From Candidatus Hodarchaeota archaeon (GTDB lineage Archaea; Asgardarchaeota; Heimdallarchaeia; Hodarchaeales; Hodarchaeaceae), in the NCBI GenBank assembly GCA_016840035.1, contig JAEOTC010000111.1:3657-67656 (forward strand): a stretch of 64,000 bases of DNA. Direction: 5' to 3'. The translations under genes and the position numbers were made by a program. The notes under the pieces are model-generated. The model was given only the letters and a program-made list of their open reading frames with translations, was not told the DNA's origin and searched no databases. Every line of letters starts with the position of its first letter. The stretch's first letter is position 1. Shown one piece after another: positions 1 through 9,610 of this stretch.

Positions 1-738
1 CCACTGAGAATCATTGGTTCTTTCACCCCGATTTCGTAGTTTCTGAGCGGGTAATCCAATCCAGACCTCCCCAGGAGGAATTTTCTCCCCTTTTTTTACA
101 CCTGATTTAGCACCTAAAATAGAATTGTCACCAAATTCAACTCCACAGGCAACAATACTATACGTTCCCACCATGCAGTTTTTTCCAATTTTAGTTGGAC
201 TTACAACAATAGAGGTTCCCTCGTTGGCATGTCCTGTCACAACTGAATTATACCCAATGAAAGAATTATCTCCTATTTCAACTAAACCCGCTGTCTCAAT
301 ATAAGTTCGTGTAGTAATGTATACGTTCTTCCCAACCTTTAATCCGTATAATCGCATTAATTGAGGGAACAAAAGAATACCCCATATGAATGGTAAGGCA
401 GTATAAACCTTTAACATGGACTTGAAGATTCCATCAGCGGTGATTCGTACAGCAACTAATCTTCCTAGAGAGGAATAACGAGGGTAGATTCCAGGCTCGA
501 TAATAAATGGTAGGGTAAATCGGACAACAAATTGCGAATGAATCACTCCAAAGAAGAGGACGGTGAATGAATATGTTAAAAATAGATACAACGGGGACAA
601 TAGATAATGAATTAGTCCTAGATCTGAAGAAGTGACAAGAAAATAAACTAACCAACCTTCTGGAAAGAATGATAAGACTAAAACGATGAATGTAAGTGAA
701 AAATATAGGATTATGCGTAAATCATTAATTACCGCCAT
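1..738 (-). CDS. membrane-anchored hexapeptide-repeat (left-handed beta-helix) acyltransferase-like protein, 3' end cut by window edge
   Basis: Absent from the ORF track because there is no in-window stop. My translation of the minus strand from the ATG at 738 stays open to base 1 (246 codons). It starts MAVINDLRIILYFSLTFIVLVLSFF, has hydrophobic segments, then imperfect hexapeptide repeats (LVEIGDNSFIGYNSVVTGH, IGKNCMVGTYSIVACGVEFGDNSILGAKSGV). Confidence 0.6.
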   Translation of the reverse strand, partial: MAVINDLRIILYFSLTFIVLVLSFFPEGWLVYFLVTSSDLGLIHYLLSPLYLFLTYSFTVLFFGVIHSQFVVRFTLPFIIEPGIYPRYSSLGRLVAVRITADGIFKSMLKVYTALPFIWGILLFPQLMRLYGLKVGKNVYITTRTYIETAGLVEIGDNSFIGYNSVVTGHANEGTSIVVSPTKIGKNCMVGTYSIVACGVEFGDNSILGAKSGVKKGEKIPPGEVWIGLPAQKLRNRGERTNDSQW

Positions 739-840
739 GAACAATAATTTTTCTTCAATGAATAAATCTCTTGAGATATTTCAGTAATCGTTCACTATTT
801 AAACAAGACTTCAGCTATACGTTTCAACCCCTTCTTTTCT

Positions 841-2523
841 GTGATTGGTATGGTAAAGATTAGATGTAGTTTGGTATTACTCTTGTTGGCACTTAATTTC
901 TGTTCAGTTACTTCTACAAATGCTTTAAACACAAATTTTATAAGTACCATTCAAGTTCAAACAGTTAACTTCCCAACTAATACTACTCCATTAGAAGAAA
1001 TTGATTTAGTTTACCCTACAGGTTACCATAATTTATCTCAAGTATATGAAGAATTGAATTTTTTTAATAAATCCGCAGAAACCTTAATTGATTATTCTGA
1101 TATTGGTCTTTCATACAGGAGTAATCCAATTCCACTTATAACTTTAACAAATGAAAAAATACCCGCCTATATGAAGGGAAAAACTTTCATTGTTGCCCAT
1201 CATCATGCAAGGGAATTTTGCACAATTGAACATGTTCTCCGCATGATCAAAGATCTACTCAACGAGTATGGGAGAGACGATCAAACAACTTTCCTTTTAG
1301 ATCACTTTATAGTGTACATTATTGTTACATTAAACCCTGACGCGTTAAATATTGCTCTCTATGAAAATGAATGGCAAAGAAAAACAACTCGACCCATTGA
1401 TGAAGATGGTGATGGGTTATATGACGAAGATCCTCCAGAGGATATCGATAATGATGGACGTATTAGAGAATTTGCTATCGCTAGAAAGGGCATATGGGAG
1501 TGGACAGTCTTCTACGAGGGTATAGACAACGATAATGATTCATTAATCAACGAGGATCGAATTGGAGGAGTAGATCTTAATCGAAATTATCCATTCCATT
1601 GGAATGATAATTCCACAGATAGTGGTTGGGGTAATAATACCTCTTCGTTTACTTTTCCTGGATTTCATCCACTTTCAGAACCAGAATCGCTAGCGTTAAC
1701 TCAGTTTGTGGTACAACACAATTTCACTCAATCATTAAGTTTGCATTCTGGCACAAATACCTCAATGCTTGGATGGTCATACACAAATACATCTCAAGCG
1801 GAAGCTTCACTCTATACTACAATTAAATACCATCTTCAACTCCGAGAAGTGCTTCCAGAAAGCTTCTTTTCACAGGAAAATGAACTGGATTACACAACAG
1901 CGGGAGAATGGGGAGATTGGATGTATTCAACCCAAAATTCAATTCCTATGACATTAGAAATATACCATATGGAAGGGAGTGAAGATTGGTACTATTATGA
2001 GCAAAATTCGACTCATGAAACTTGGTCAAGAAATACTCTATGGGAATACTTCAATCCTCCAGCAGAGAGGATAGATTCTCTCCACGAAGATATAATGCCT
2101 TTTGAGAAATATTGGATAGGTTTAACTCCGTATATCAAATTTAATGGATTTACGAATTGGAGTGTTTCAAACACTGAATATGAAATTATTGTAAATGTGG
2201 CCACAGGATCACAATTCTTTAATACAACAGATAATCCACGAATCATTCTATCTTCTTCGCATAATAATATAATAGAGAATTATACTCGAACTCTTCCAAC
2301 GCTTCTTCGTCATGAGACGGATAAAATTAGGATTCGGATAAACAAAGATATTCCAAATGGTTTCACGATGGATTTGAATGTTACTTCAGAATGGGCTAGT
2401 GATCTATTCCTCCATATAAAAGTTAATTCTACTCAGACAAGACAAACTGAGGGATTTAATCAAATATATCTTCTAGCTAGCATAGCGGTTCTAGTTATAA
2501 TGATGAGAAGAAAAAATCGATGA
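841..2523 (+). CDS. secreted M14-family zinc carboxypeptidase with C-terminal membrane anchor
   Basis: Signal-peptide-like N-terminus. M14 motifs HHHAREF (HxxE), GGVDLNRNYPFHW and SLSLHSG. C-terminal hydrophobic helix plus basic tail (EGFNQIYLLASIAVLVIMMRRKNR). GTG start at 841; the ATG at 850 is equally possible. Confidence 0.8.
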   Translation: MIGMVKIRCSLVLLLLALNFCSVTSTNALNTNFISTIQVQTVNFPTNTTPLEEIDLVYPTGYHNLSQVYEELNFFNKSAETLIDYSDIGLSYRSNPIPLITLTNEKIPAYMKGKTFIVAHHHAREFCTIEHVLRMIKDLLNEYGRDDQTTFLLDHFIVYIIVTLNPDALNIALYENEWQRKTTRPIDEDGDGLYDEDPPEDIDNDGRIREFAIARKGIWEWTVFYEGIDNDNDSLINEDRIGGVDLNRNYPFHWNDNSTDSGWGNNTSSFTFPGFHPLSEPESLALTQFVVQHNFTQSLSLHSGTNTSMLGWSYTNTSQAEASLYTTIKYHLQLREVLPESFFSQENELDYTTAGEWGDWMYSTQNSIPMTLEIYHMEGSEDWYYYEQNSTHETWSRNTLWEYFNPPAERIDSLHEDIMPFEKYWIGLTPYIKFNGFTNWSVSNTEYEIIVNVATGSQFFNTTDNPRIILSSSHNNIIENYTRTLPTLLRHETDKIRIRINKDIPNGFTMDLNVTSEWASDLFLHIKVNSTQTRQTEGFNQIYLLASIAVLVIMMRRKNR

Positions 2524-2531
2524 ATTATTGG

Positions 2532-3575
2532 TTATCTTGTGATTTTCCCCGGTAAGTAAAAATTGTAACTCCTTCGAAGCATACGGGTCTGTAAGTATCG
2601 ATCCATGCGACGTGCAGCCTGGAAAATTACCCATATCTGGCGGTCACCTAAAAATCCATTGTAATATCTATCAACCTCCAAGTAGCTTAACGGTTCTATT
2701 TCTAATTCTGGAACTTCATGTAAATAAAACTCGTTAACAAGTTTAATTAAGCTTGGTATTAATTCTGGCTTTTGTTCCTTAAAAAAATTTGCTAATAGAT
2801 CAATGGTAACTAATCTAAAATCATAGTAACGACTAACAACTTCTTCCAGAAATAATGCCTCCAAGGCCCATCTTAAGAAGGATGGAGCACTTTTCAAAAA
2901 TAGAATGGGTTCCATTGCATCGACAGAGTTTATTCGCACCATTGGTGTACTGGTATCAAGGTAGATTAGTTCTGATGATTCAGATATGCCTGGATCTTCT
3001 GGATCATATCCCTTTACTGCCCAATTTGAGATCTGTCCATCGATTCCGACCTCCAATTTTTGAGATCTCTTGTTAAAAAGCCAAATCTTTGAAAGCTTCC
3101 TCATTATCAGCTTGACCAGTATCTTAATATCGTTTTGAGAAATATCATGATGAATGATCGAATTCCCTATTGAGGAGGAACTAATTTTCTCTTGTGCACA
3201 ATATAGAGCAATGGTTTCATCATTCGATTTAAGCCAGACTGAATCCTCTGGAGGAATCTCAATACCAATTTTAGCCAATATTTGATGGTAAATCTCATAT
3301 GCAGCAATATGTCTCTTTACCTGTCCCTCAGTATCAAATATTGGTAACCTTTTATAGGCAATGGGTTCAGTAGAGTTAACGAATTCGAATACCAAACTTA
3401 TTTCTCCGTAACCCAATATGTGTATTGGGATTTTTCCTTTTTCAGGGTGTAAAGTATTAATAGATCTCTCAAATTCTTGAATTAGGTTGATATCGATCTT
3501 CATTTTGAATCCACAAATTCTTCCAATAGATATTACCTGTTTAGAGAGGCTTCCAGTTAAAAGGATTTGTGTCAT
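2532..3575 (-). CDS. hypothetical protein, possible protein-kinase-like fold
   Basis: Long ORF with an AGAGGT Shine-Dalgarno-like element upstream of the 3575 start. Gly-rich loop LGYGEISLVF followed by AYKRLP, then IDGQISNW and YLDTSTP, resembling a kinase-like catalytic loop and metal-binding Asp. The fold assignment is pattern level only. Alternative start at 3503. Confidence 0.45.
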   Translation of the reverse strand: MTQILLTGSLSKQVISIGRICGFKMKIDINLIQEFERSINTLHPEKGKIPIHILGYGEISLVFEFVNSTEPIAYKRLPIFDTEGQVKRHIAAYEIYHQILAKIGIEIPPEDSVWLKSNDETIALYCAQEKISSSSIGNSIIHHDISQNDIKILVKLIMRKLSKIWLFNKRSQKLEVGIDGQISNWAVKGYDPEDPGISESSELIYLDTSTPMVRINSVDAMEPILFLKSAPSFLRWALEALFLEEVVSRYYDFRLVTIDLLANFFKEQKPELIPSLIKLVNEFYLHEVPELEIEPLSYLEVDRYYNGFLGDRQIWVIFQAARRMDRYLQTRMLRRSYNFYLPGKITR

Positions 3576-3660
3576 TCGTCTAAGTACCTCTCTGCATAGT
3601 ATCTCATTCTATCCAATTCTTTATAATGGGAGTAAAATCTCCTATTTTTTGATTCCTAAT

Positions 3661-4299
3661 ATGAGCTCACCAATAATCAGCTATTTTGGAGGGTCTTGCT
3701 TTCTATTAGAAAGTGAGTCTTTCAAGATATTAATAGATCCAGGGACAAAGGGTATCGGACGAATGAAGGGAGACATAGTTTATGCTACTCATCGCCACTT
3801 TGATCACACAAGAGGGATCAAAGAATTTCTAGTATATAATGATGAATCGTCAATATTGATTAGCAATGAACAAGTAACAGAAAATTACAAAAGTTTTGGA
3901 GAGCGTGTTAAAACTATCGAGAGCGGAGAACAATTGATTTTTGGTGATTTAAAACTGGAATTTGTTCAAGCCAGACATGGAATATTTAAAAGCGAATTGA
4001 ATTTAGCTATTGTAATAAGTACCCCAGATTTCAAATTTGCCCATTTAGGGGATGCAGTCTCCTTCGAGGGTTTGATTGGAATGAAGTTAGATGTTCTAGC
4101 GGTACCAATCGGTGGATTCTTTACCGCATCACCGAAACGTTCAATGGATGAATTAGCTAAATTTGACATACCACCAAAAACCATTATACCCATGCACTGG
4201 TTATTTAGATCTCCTAAAAGATTCTGCAAGAAAATTACAGAACTCTTTCCACAAATGAAATGTATTGTCCCGAAAAAGGGTAAAACTATATCTTATTAA
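3661..4299 (+). CDS. MBL-fold metallo-hydrolase
   Basis: ATHRHFDHTRG (HxHxDH) motif and a later His/Asp ligand context. The track ORF begins at 3487 but would overlap the opposite-strand gene. The ATG at 3661 (MSSPIISYFGGSCFLLE) gives a typical MBL N-terminus. Confidence 0.75.
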   Translation: MSSPIISYFGGSCFLLESESFKILIDPGTKGIGRMKGDIVYATHRHFDHTRGIKEFLVYNDESSILISNEQVTENYKSFGERVKTIESGEQLIFGDLKLEFVQARHGIFKSELNLAIVISTPDFKFAHLGDAVSFEGLIGMKLDVLAVPIGGFFTASPKRSMDELAKFDIPPKTIIPMHWLFRSPKRFCKKITELFPQMKCIVPKKGKTISY

Positions 4300-4314
4300 T
4301 TTGGAGGAAAAATT

Positions 4315-5091
4315 ATGCATATTCAACTAGTATTCAATGTATGGGAAAGTAGAGCTTTCATTGCAAAGGCAATAATGAATCATCCTGATATTCAAGAGCA
4401 TTTAACAACTGGAACTATAGCAATCGGTAGGGGTATAACAAATGCTTTCATTTTACAAGAATTTTTAAATGCTACAGGTAATTCGGATTTTGAAATTGAT
4501 ATTAATAACTATGTTGCGGGAGTGATTGATGGATCATTGTGGATTTCACATCCTGACACCCGAACCCCTGAAGTTATTTTTCGCCAAGGAAAACCTCGCA
4601 TAATACCTATTGCAGATTCAGTAGATTCGTGTAATCTCATTATTAAAGGAGGAAATACCCTTGGTACTGATTGGGTTGCAGGAGTACTATGTGCACATCC
4701 TGAAGGTGGCACAATAGGATCCGTTTATGCTACAGCTATTTCTAGAGGAATTAAAATACTCGTACCAATATCTGTTCAGAAATCAATTCCTTTTCCTGTT
4801 GCAGAAATTGTACCAGAACTTGGGGGACAAAACAAGATCGATTATGCAAGGGGTTTACCTGTTAGTTTATTTCCTATAATAGGGGGAGAAATCTTCTCAG
4901 AAATAGAGGCTATGGATACTATAGCAACAGTTAATGCATACCCAATCGCTGCAGGGGGAGTGTATAATGGTGCAGGTGCCTCTGTGTTTGAAGTTTCAGG
5001 ACCCGATACTGAAGTACAAAAAGTAAAAGACTTATATGAGGAAATAAAAGATATTAAACCATTAAATGTGAATTTGAAACCTCACACTTAA
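4315..5091 (+). CDS. hypothetical protein
   Basis: 258-aa ORF with GGAGG upstream (tttggaggaaaaattATG) and coding-like composition. No motif I can name. Confidence 0.55.
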   Translation: MHIQLVFNVWESRAFIAKAIMNHPDIQEHLTTGTIAIGRGITNAFILQEFLNATGNSDFEIDINNYVAGVIDGSLWISHPDTRTPEVIFRQGKPRIIPIADSVDSCNLIIKGGNTLGTDWVAGVLCAHPEGGTIGSVYATAISRGIKILVPISVQKSIPFPVAEIVPELGGQNKIDYARGLPVSLFPIIGGEIFSEIEAMDTIATVNAYPIAAGGVYNGAGASVFEVSGPDTEVQKVKDLYEEIKDIKPLNVNLKPHT

Positions 5092-5768
5092 AGATATTCG
5101 GACAAATCTAATTCTGTAAATGAATTGATTATCAGATCAGAATCTTTGAGTCTTTCTTCGGTAAAAGACGTCGTTATAGCAATTACAAACATTCCTGCAT
5201 CTTTAGCTGCCTTTATCCCCGCTGGGGTATCTTCAATTGCAATGCATTTTTCTGGTGCAACGTCTAGACTCTCGGCTGCTTTCAAGAAAATATCTGGAAA
5301 GGGTTTACTTCTTAATCCTTTCTCCGCTCCTGTAAGAGAATCGAATGAATTGTCAAGAATTACCTGTTTAAGATTGAACTGGATCTTTTTTATTGATCCT
5401 GAGGAGGCCACACCGATTTTCCACTCGAGTTTTCGTGCTTGATCAATAATTCCATCAATTCCGGGAATTCTGGTTAATTTACTTTTAGCTATTTCGAGAT
5501 ATACTTGATCTTTCAACTTAATTAGATAGGCAATCTTTTCTTCAGTCCCTGAGAGATTAAATAGATTGAAATAATGAGTTACAGATGCTCTAGATGTTCC
5601 CCCCATAATTGGTTCATAATCTGTTCCTATGTCTACCCCGTATTCTTTATCAAATACGATATTCCAGGCACCACAACTTAATGGTTCTGAATCGACGATT
5701 ACTCCGTCACAATCAAGAATCAGAGCTTCTATAGACTTTGTGGAATGGTGACTCGGTCTTTTCTTCAT
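5088..5768 (-). CDS. HAD-superfamily hydrolase (beta-phosphoglucomutase-like subfamily IA)
   Basis: Motif I LILDCDGVIVDSEP (DxDG), SSGS motif II region, K...EDTPAGIKAAKDAG motif III/IV. Confidence 0.85.
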   Translation of the reverse strand: MKKRPSHHSTKSIEALILDCDGVIVDSEPLSCGAWNIVFDKEYGVDIGTDYEPIMGGTSRASVTHYFNLFNLSGTEEKIAYLIKLKDQVYLEIAKSKLTRIPGIDGIIDQARKLEWKIGVASSGSIKKIQFNLKQVILDNSFDSLTGAEKGLRSKPFPDIFLKAAESLDVAPEKCIAIEDTPAGIKAAKDAGMFVIAITTSFTEERLKDSDLIINSFTELDLSEYL

Positions 5769-5784
5769 AAGTGGGAAGGAAAAT

Positions 5785-7077
5785 TCAGAGATTCTTTAAT
5801 GCTGTGGTAATTCTCGTAAGAATTTCATGGATTTGGGATTCTGAGATAATCAATGGGGGTAAAAACTTACTAGTGGCTTTATGATTACCACAATAGTCAC
5901 AAAATACTCCATTTCTTACAGAACTTAGTACAAAGTAAAGGGAAGTAAACTCATCAATAAATTCAATTCCCCACATTAAGCCCCTTCCACGAACTTCTTT
6001 TATCTGAACAGAAAACTCATCATGTAAATGTTTTAACCCATTACCAAATATTTTACCCATTTTCTTAACATGGTCTAAGAATAATGGCTTTGATATTATG
6101 TTCAACATTTCGCGAGTTACGTAACAGCCTAATTCAGACCCCCCTGTGGTAGATATATGGAGAAATGGATCTTCCTCAAATACAGCCTCTAATTCGGGTA
6201 TATAACTTGTTGTTGAGAGTGGATACACTCCTGCACTCATCCCTTTCGCCAAAACGATTATGTCTGGTACCACTTTTTCTGTAGGATAGAGTCCTCCATT
6301 AATCGCCCACATTTTCCCTGTCCTTCCTAGACCTGCTTGTACTTCATCTGCAATCATCATAACATTCTTTTCATTACAAAGCTCGCGTACTTCAGAGAAA
6401 TAACCTTCGGGTGGAATCAGAATTCCTCCTGTTGCGGGGATGGTTTCAAATAGTACACATGCAGTTTCTTCATCAATCGTATTTCTTAATGCATCAATAT
6501 CAGCAAATGGAACTTGTACAAAATCAGATGAATCCCAAAAGAATGGATCTTTAAAACTAGGTGCACATGCCCCAAGAGCAAAACCTGTGACTCCATGATA
6601 GGCCCGTTTAGCCGATATAATTTTCCTTCTTTTTGTAAATGCTCTTGATAATTTTATTGCTAAATCTATCGCTTCACCACCTCCAACAGAAAACATAGTT
6701 TTTGATATTTTTCCTGGTAATAAATCTGCAAGCTGTTTAGCTAATAAAGCTCTTTGTTCGCTTAGTAAATGATGATCACCAATATCAAGACCTAATTCCA
6801 AACCCTCTTTCAACGCCTTGTTAATTTCAGGATGGTGATGACCCAAATTAAATACTCCTCCACTTGTATGACAGTCTATTAATTCTAATGGCTCATTCCC
6901 ATCCTTTCCTTCCAGCATATGAATTTTGATCCCTTCACGTTTGGCTTGAATTACTCCCAATCCAATTTGTCTGAAGAATGATGCCTTCGGTTCAGAAACA
7001 TACTTTGCGTATAATTCTACTAATGTATCTTGATTCTTTGTTCCAAAAACCCTTTTTTCGTGCATATTCCCAATCAT
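5785..7077 (-). CDS. class-III PLP-dependent aminotransferase (ornithine/acetylornithine/GABA type)
   Basis: GGVFNLGHHHPEI, VGGGEAIDLAIKL, MIADEVQAGLGRTGKMWA, DIIVLAKGMSAG (Schiff-base Lys context). Confidence 0.85.
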   Translation of the reverse strand: MIGNMHEKRVFGTKNQDTLVELYAKYVSEPKASFFRQIGLGVIQAKREGIKIHMLEGKDGNEPLELIDCHTSGGVFNLGHHHPEINKALKEGLELGLDIGDHHLLSEQRALLAKQLADLLPGKISKTMFSVGGGEAIDLAIKLSRAFTKRRKIISAKRAYHGVTGFALGACAPSFKDPFFWDSSDFVQVPFADIDALRNTIDEETACVLFETIPATGGILIPPEGYFSEVRELCNEKNVMMIADEVQAGLGRTGKMWAINGGLYPTEKVVPDIIVLAKGMSAGVYPLSTTSYIPELEAVFEEDPFLHISTTGGSELGCYVTREMLNIISKPLFLDHVKKMGKIFGNGLKHLHDEFSVQIKEVRGRGLMWGIEFIDEFTSLYFVLSSVRNGVFCDYCGNHKATSKFLPPLIISESQIHEILTRITTALKNL

Positions 7078-7115
7078 GAATCAAGTAAAATAAAAACATA
7101 TTGAGAGGCAGTAAG

Positions 7116-8075
7116 TTAGAGTGAATAAGCTGTTAGTAAGATTGGTGAGTATAACAACCCAAATATTACTGCTCCTCCTCCACTCGTTATAATAATCGTT
7201 TTAAATAATAATAAAGCGCCTTCCTGATCCTTTCTAATCAGTAAATTACTAATAGCGATAATTTCGATTACTCCAAGTATAAATGGCATCCAGTTGGTTA
7301 TCAGAAGGCCAATATTCATTAAATGGAGGTTCAGAAATACTAACAAGAATACACGCAGGAGAACAATTCCTGCAGTCAAGTAGATTGCCTTTTCTCTACC
7401 CAAAAACACTACTGTAGTAATATCTCCACTTTCCTGGTCGGTTTCAATGTCCATCAACATAGTGGGTAGATGAATTCCCATCACTAAAATTAAATTCAAA
7501 ACTATTCCTAGTAAGATTAGATCTACTTCAACAAGTAAAGTTGATCCCAGTAGCCCAATATAGACTGGTATGAATAAACCTATGATCAGAAAGGTTGTTA
7601 AAACATCCAAAAATGGTTTTGCTTTAAAACGAAATGGAGGAACGGAGTATAGGACGGATCCAGTAATTCCAATTAAAAATGTACCAAAACCCAATAGTAA
7701 TTTTTCAGTAGAGGTAGCGGTTGGAACCAAAACTATGTTGAATGGAATTGATAACATCCAAATTATGGATATCCAAATTAAAATGTGTTGTTTCTTTAGA
7801 GAATTTGAATTTGCTAAAGGATTCCGGAGTGATAATCTACGAGGGTTGAGTGTATCACTTTGTCTATCAAAATACCCGTTCAAACTAAAATGTCCTAGAC
7901 TAAACAGAAAAATCGATACTGAACCTGCTAAAAGGGATTTAAGTGGCAATTGATAGAGGAGAGCTACCATAAGCGCTACTTGAGAGAAAATAAAACCCCA
8001 TTCTGGACGAGACAATATAAATAAATTCCAAATGGATTTTCTCATTGCTAGGAGATCAAATATCTTAATCCTCAT
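7116..8075 (-). CDS. UbiA-family prenyltransferase
   Basis: Multi-pass membrane protein with NGYFDRQSD (NxxxDxxxD) and a second Asp-rich motif MDIETDQESGD. Confidence 0.8.
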   Translation of the reverse strand: MRIKIFDLLAMRKSIWNLFILSRPEWGFIFSQVALMVALLYQLPLKSLLAGSVSIFLFSLGHFSLNGYFDRQSDTLNPRRLSLRNPLANSNSLKKQHILIWISIIWMLSIPFNIVLVPTATSTEKLLLGFGTFLIGITGSVLYSVPPFRFKAKPFLDVLTTFLIIGLFIPVYIGLLGSTLLVEVDLILLGIVLNLILVMGIHLPTMLMDIETDQESGDITTVVFLGREKAIYLTAGIVLLRVFLLVFLNLHLMNIGLLITNWMPFILGVIEIIAISNLLIRKDQEGALLLFKTIIITSGGGAVIFGLLYSPILLTAYSL

Positions 8076-8146
8076 CGAATAGTCTGCAGAATAATTCCTC
8101 TTAAATTCAATATTGAAGTTTGTTGAGGAAATCTATTTGGCCAAAC

Positions 8147-8196
8147 ATATATATTTATAAAGTGTCATACATGTATGCCTGTCATACTGACATACC
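8147..8196 (+). promoter_or_regulatory. TATA-like box followed by a perfect 12-bp palindrome and GTCATAC direct repeats (candidate promoter/operator)
   Basis: atatatatttataaa at 8147-8161. CATACATGTATG (8166-8177) is its own reverse complement. GTCATAC occurs at 8164-8170 and 8181-8187, and GACATAC at 8189-8195. The site lies about 30-80 nt upstream of the CDS at 8227. Confidence 0.35.
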
Positions 8197-8226
8197 AGTA
8201 ATAGCGATGACTTGAAAAGCTTATAG

Positions 8227-8775
8227 GTGAAAAAAATGTCTGAATTTAATGATTGGTCTAGTAAGGATATTGACGACTTGAAAAGAATGAAAAATGTTAC
8301 AATTCGTGGAATTGACTCAGAAATTTATGATGAATTTTCTTCATCAATCAAATCTCTCAAAATGAATATCGGAGAAGCTATCACACAAATGATGCAAGAT
8401 GTTATGGAAGATTTTGGTGATACTTTTCCTAGCTTATCTGCGAAGGAATCACTAGGAAAATTAAAGAGGGATCGAATATCTATTAAAGCTCTTGACACAC
8501 TAAGAATTTCAAAAAAAGATTTAGAAGAAGCAGGAGCTCAAGTTAAGTTTTCTCATGTTGGTAAATTGATATTTGAACCTGATGTCGATCTTGCAACATT
8601 CAATAAGTATGTAAGAGGAATTAACCATTGTGATTATGTAAGAATACCTGCTTTTCTCCCAAAACTCTTATTATTATCCAAAACTCAGTATTGTGGAAGA
8701 GTTGAGCCTTACACAGTTGAAGAGTCAAAGAATAAAACTACAGAAGTGACTCAAGACTTTTATGAAGAGGAATAA
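8227..8775 (+). CDS. hypothetical protein, paralog A of a tandem pair
   Basis: Shares two regions with the next ORF. N-terminal region: VTIRGIDSEIYDEFSSSIKSLKMNIGEAITQMM versus VIVLSEIDENLYNDFQNMARKLSQDDGELLNKLM. C-terminal region: FNKYVRGINHCDYVRIP...KLL...TQYCGRVEPY versus FRKYINSINNCQEVHIP...KLL...TNQCQEIHLS. Confidence 0.6.
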   Translation: MKKMSEFNDWSSKDIDDLKRMKNVTIRGIDSEIYDEFSSSIKSLKMNIGEAITQMMQDVMEDFGDTFPSLSAKESLGKLKRDRISIKALDTLRISKKDLEEAGAQVKFSHVGKLIFEPDVDLATFNKYVRGINHCDYVRIPAFLPKLLLLSKTQYCGRVEPYTVEESKNKTTEVTQDFYEEE

Positions 8776-8801
8776 GAATTTAAATTTGCTAGGTGATTTG
8801 A

Positions 8802-9527
8802 ATGACAGCTCAAATTCTAAACACCGAACAACTTAAATCCTCTCTCTCTCATCAAATTGAAAAACTGAGAGACGATATCGAGTTAAATAATATTCCACAA
8901 GAGGATATTATCGAATTATTCAAATTATTACTTCAAGAACGAGAATTCCTCTTAACTGAAATTGATAACCTACGAACTATACAACAAACCTATGAATCCG
9001 CGTTAAAAAGTAAATCCTATCCCTCTGTGATAGTTTTGTCTGAAATCGATGAAAATCTATATAATGATTTCCAAAATATGGCAAGAAAACTTTCTCAAGA
9101 TGATGGTGAATTATTAAACAAATTGATGAAACTATTTGTATTCCACTATCAAAATGAGAAGTTTCCCAAAATAACCTCCTCTGATTTGATTAGAGAAGTT
9201 ACAGGTTCTGATCAATTAATTAAAATTAAAAATCATAATTCTTTAACGATTACTGATGAAGATCTACAGAGTTTGGATGTAAAAATTGATTTTTTAAAAA
9301 TAGATAAACTCTATCTCGACATTACTCCAGCTAATTTCAGGAAATATATCAATTCAATCAATAATTGTCAGGAAGTGCACATTCCTTTCAAAGTGTCCAA
9401 GCTCCTTGTATATGCTAGAACTAATCAATGTCAAGAAATCCATCTCTCCCCTTCTGATTCAGAAAATTGTTTGGAATATGCTAGGGAAGCAAATCAAGTT
9501 GTAGAAGCTTGGGACAATGAGAAATAG
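8802..9527 (+). CDS. hypothetical protein, paralog B of a tandem pair (extra N-terminal coiled-coil-like segment)
   Basis: See paralog A. It starts 26 nt after paralog A stops, with aggtga upstream of the ATG. Confidence 0.6.
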   Translation: MTAQILNTEQLKSSLSHQIEKLRDDIELNNIPQEDIIELFKLLLQEREFLLTEIDNLRTIQQTYESALKSKSYPSVIVLSEIDENLYNDFQNMARKLSQDDGELLNKLMKLFVFHYQNEKFPKITSSDLIREVTGSDQLIKIKNHNSLTITDEDLQSLDVKIDFLKIDKLYLDITPANFRKYINSINNCQEVHIPFKVSKLLVYARTNQCQEIHLSPSDSENCLEYAREANQVVEAWDNEK

Positions 9528-9610
9528 AGCAATTCACCAAAATAGGGTAAAATTTTCCAACAAGTAAAACTATAAAAATAAAAATGTAAGAGAATTACAT
9601 AATTATAATC

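Noticed and set aside
434-655. 73-aa minus-strand ORF from the track
   Set aside because: It lies out of frame inside the longer edge-truncated hexapeptide-repeat ORF (1-738, minus). That longer ORF has a coherent membrane-plus-beta-helix sequence, while the 73-aa product is low-complexity nonsense.
3487-3660. N-terminal 58-codon extension of the MBL hydrolase ORF
   Set aside because: It would overlap the opposite-strand gene by about 90 nt and adds a non-MBL leader. The ATG at 3661 gives the canonical start of the fold.
8227-9527. Tandem paralogs as a toxin-antitoxin pair (RHH-like N-terminus)
   Set aside because: The two genes are paralogs of each other rather than an antitoxin/toxin pair. 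They are much larger than typical type II modules and show no toxin fold motif.
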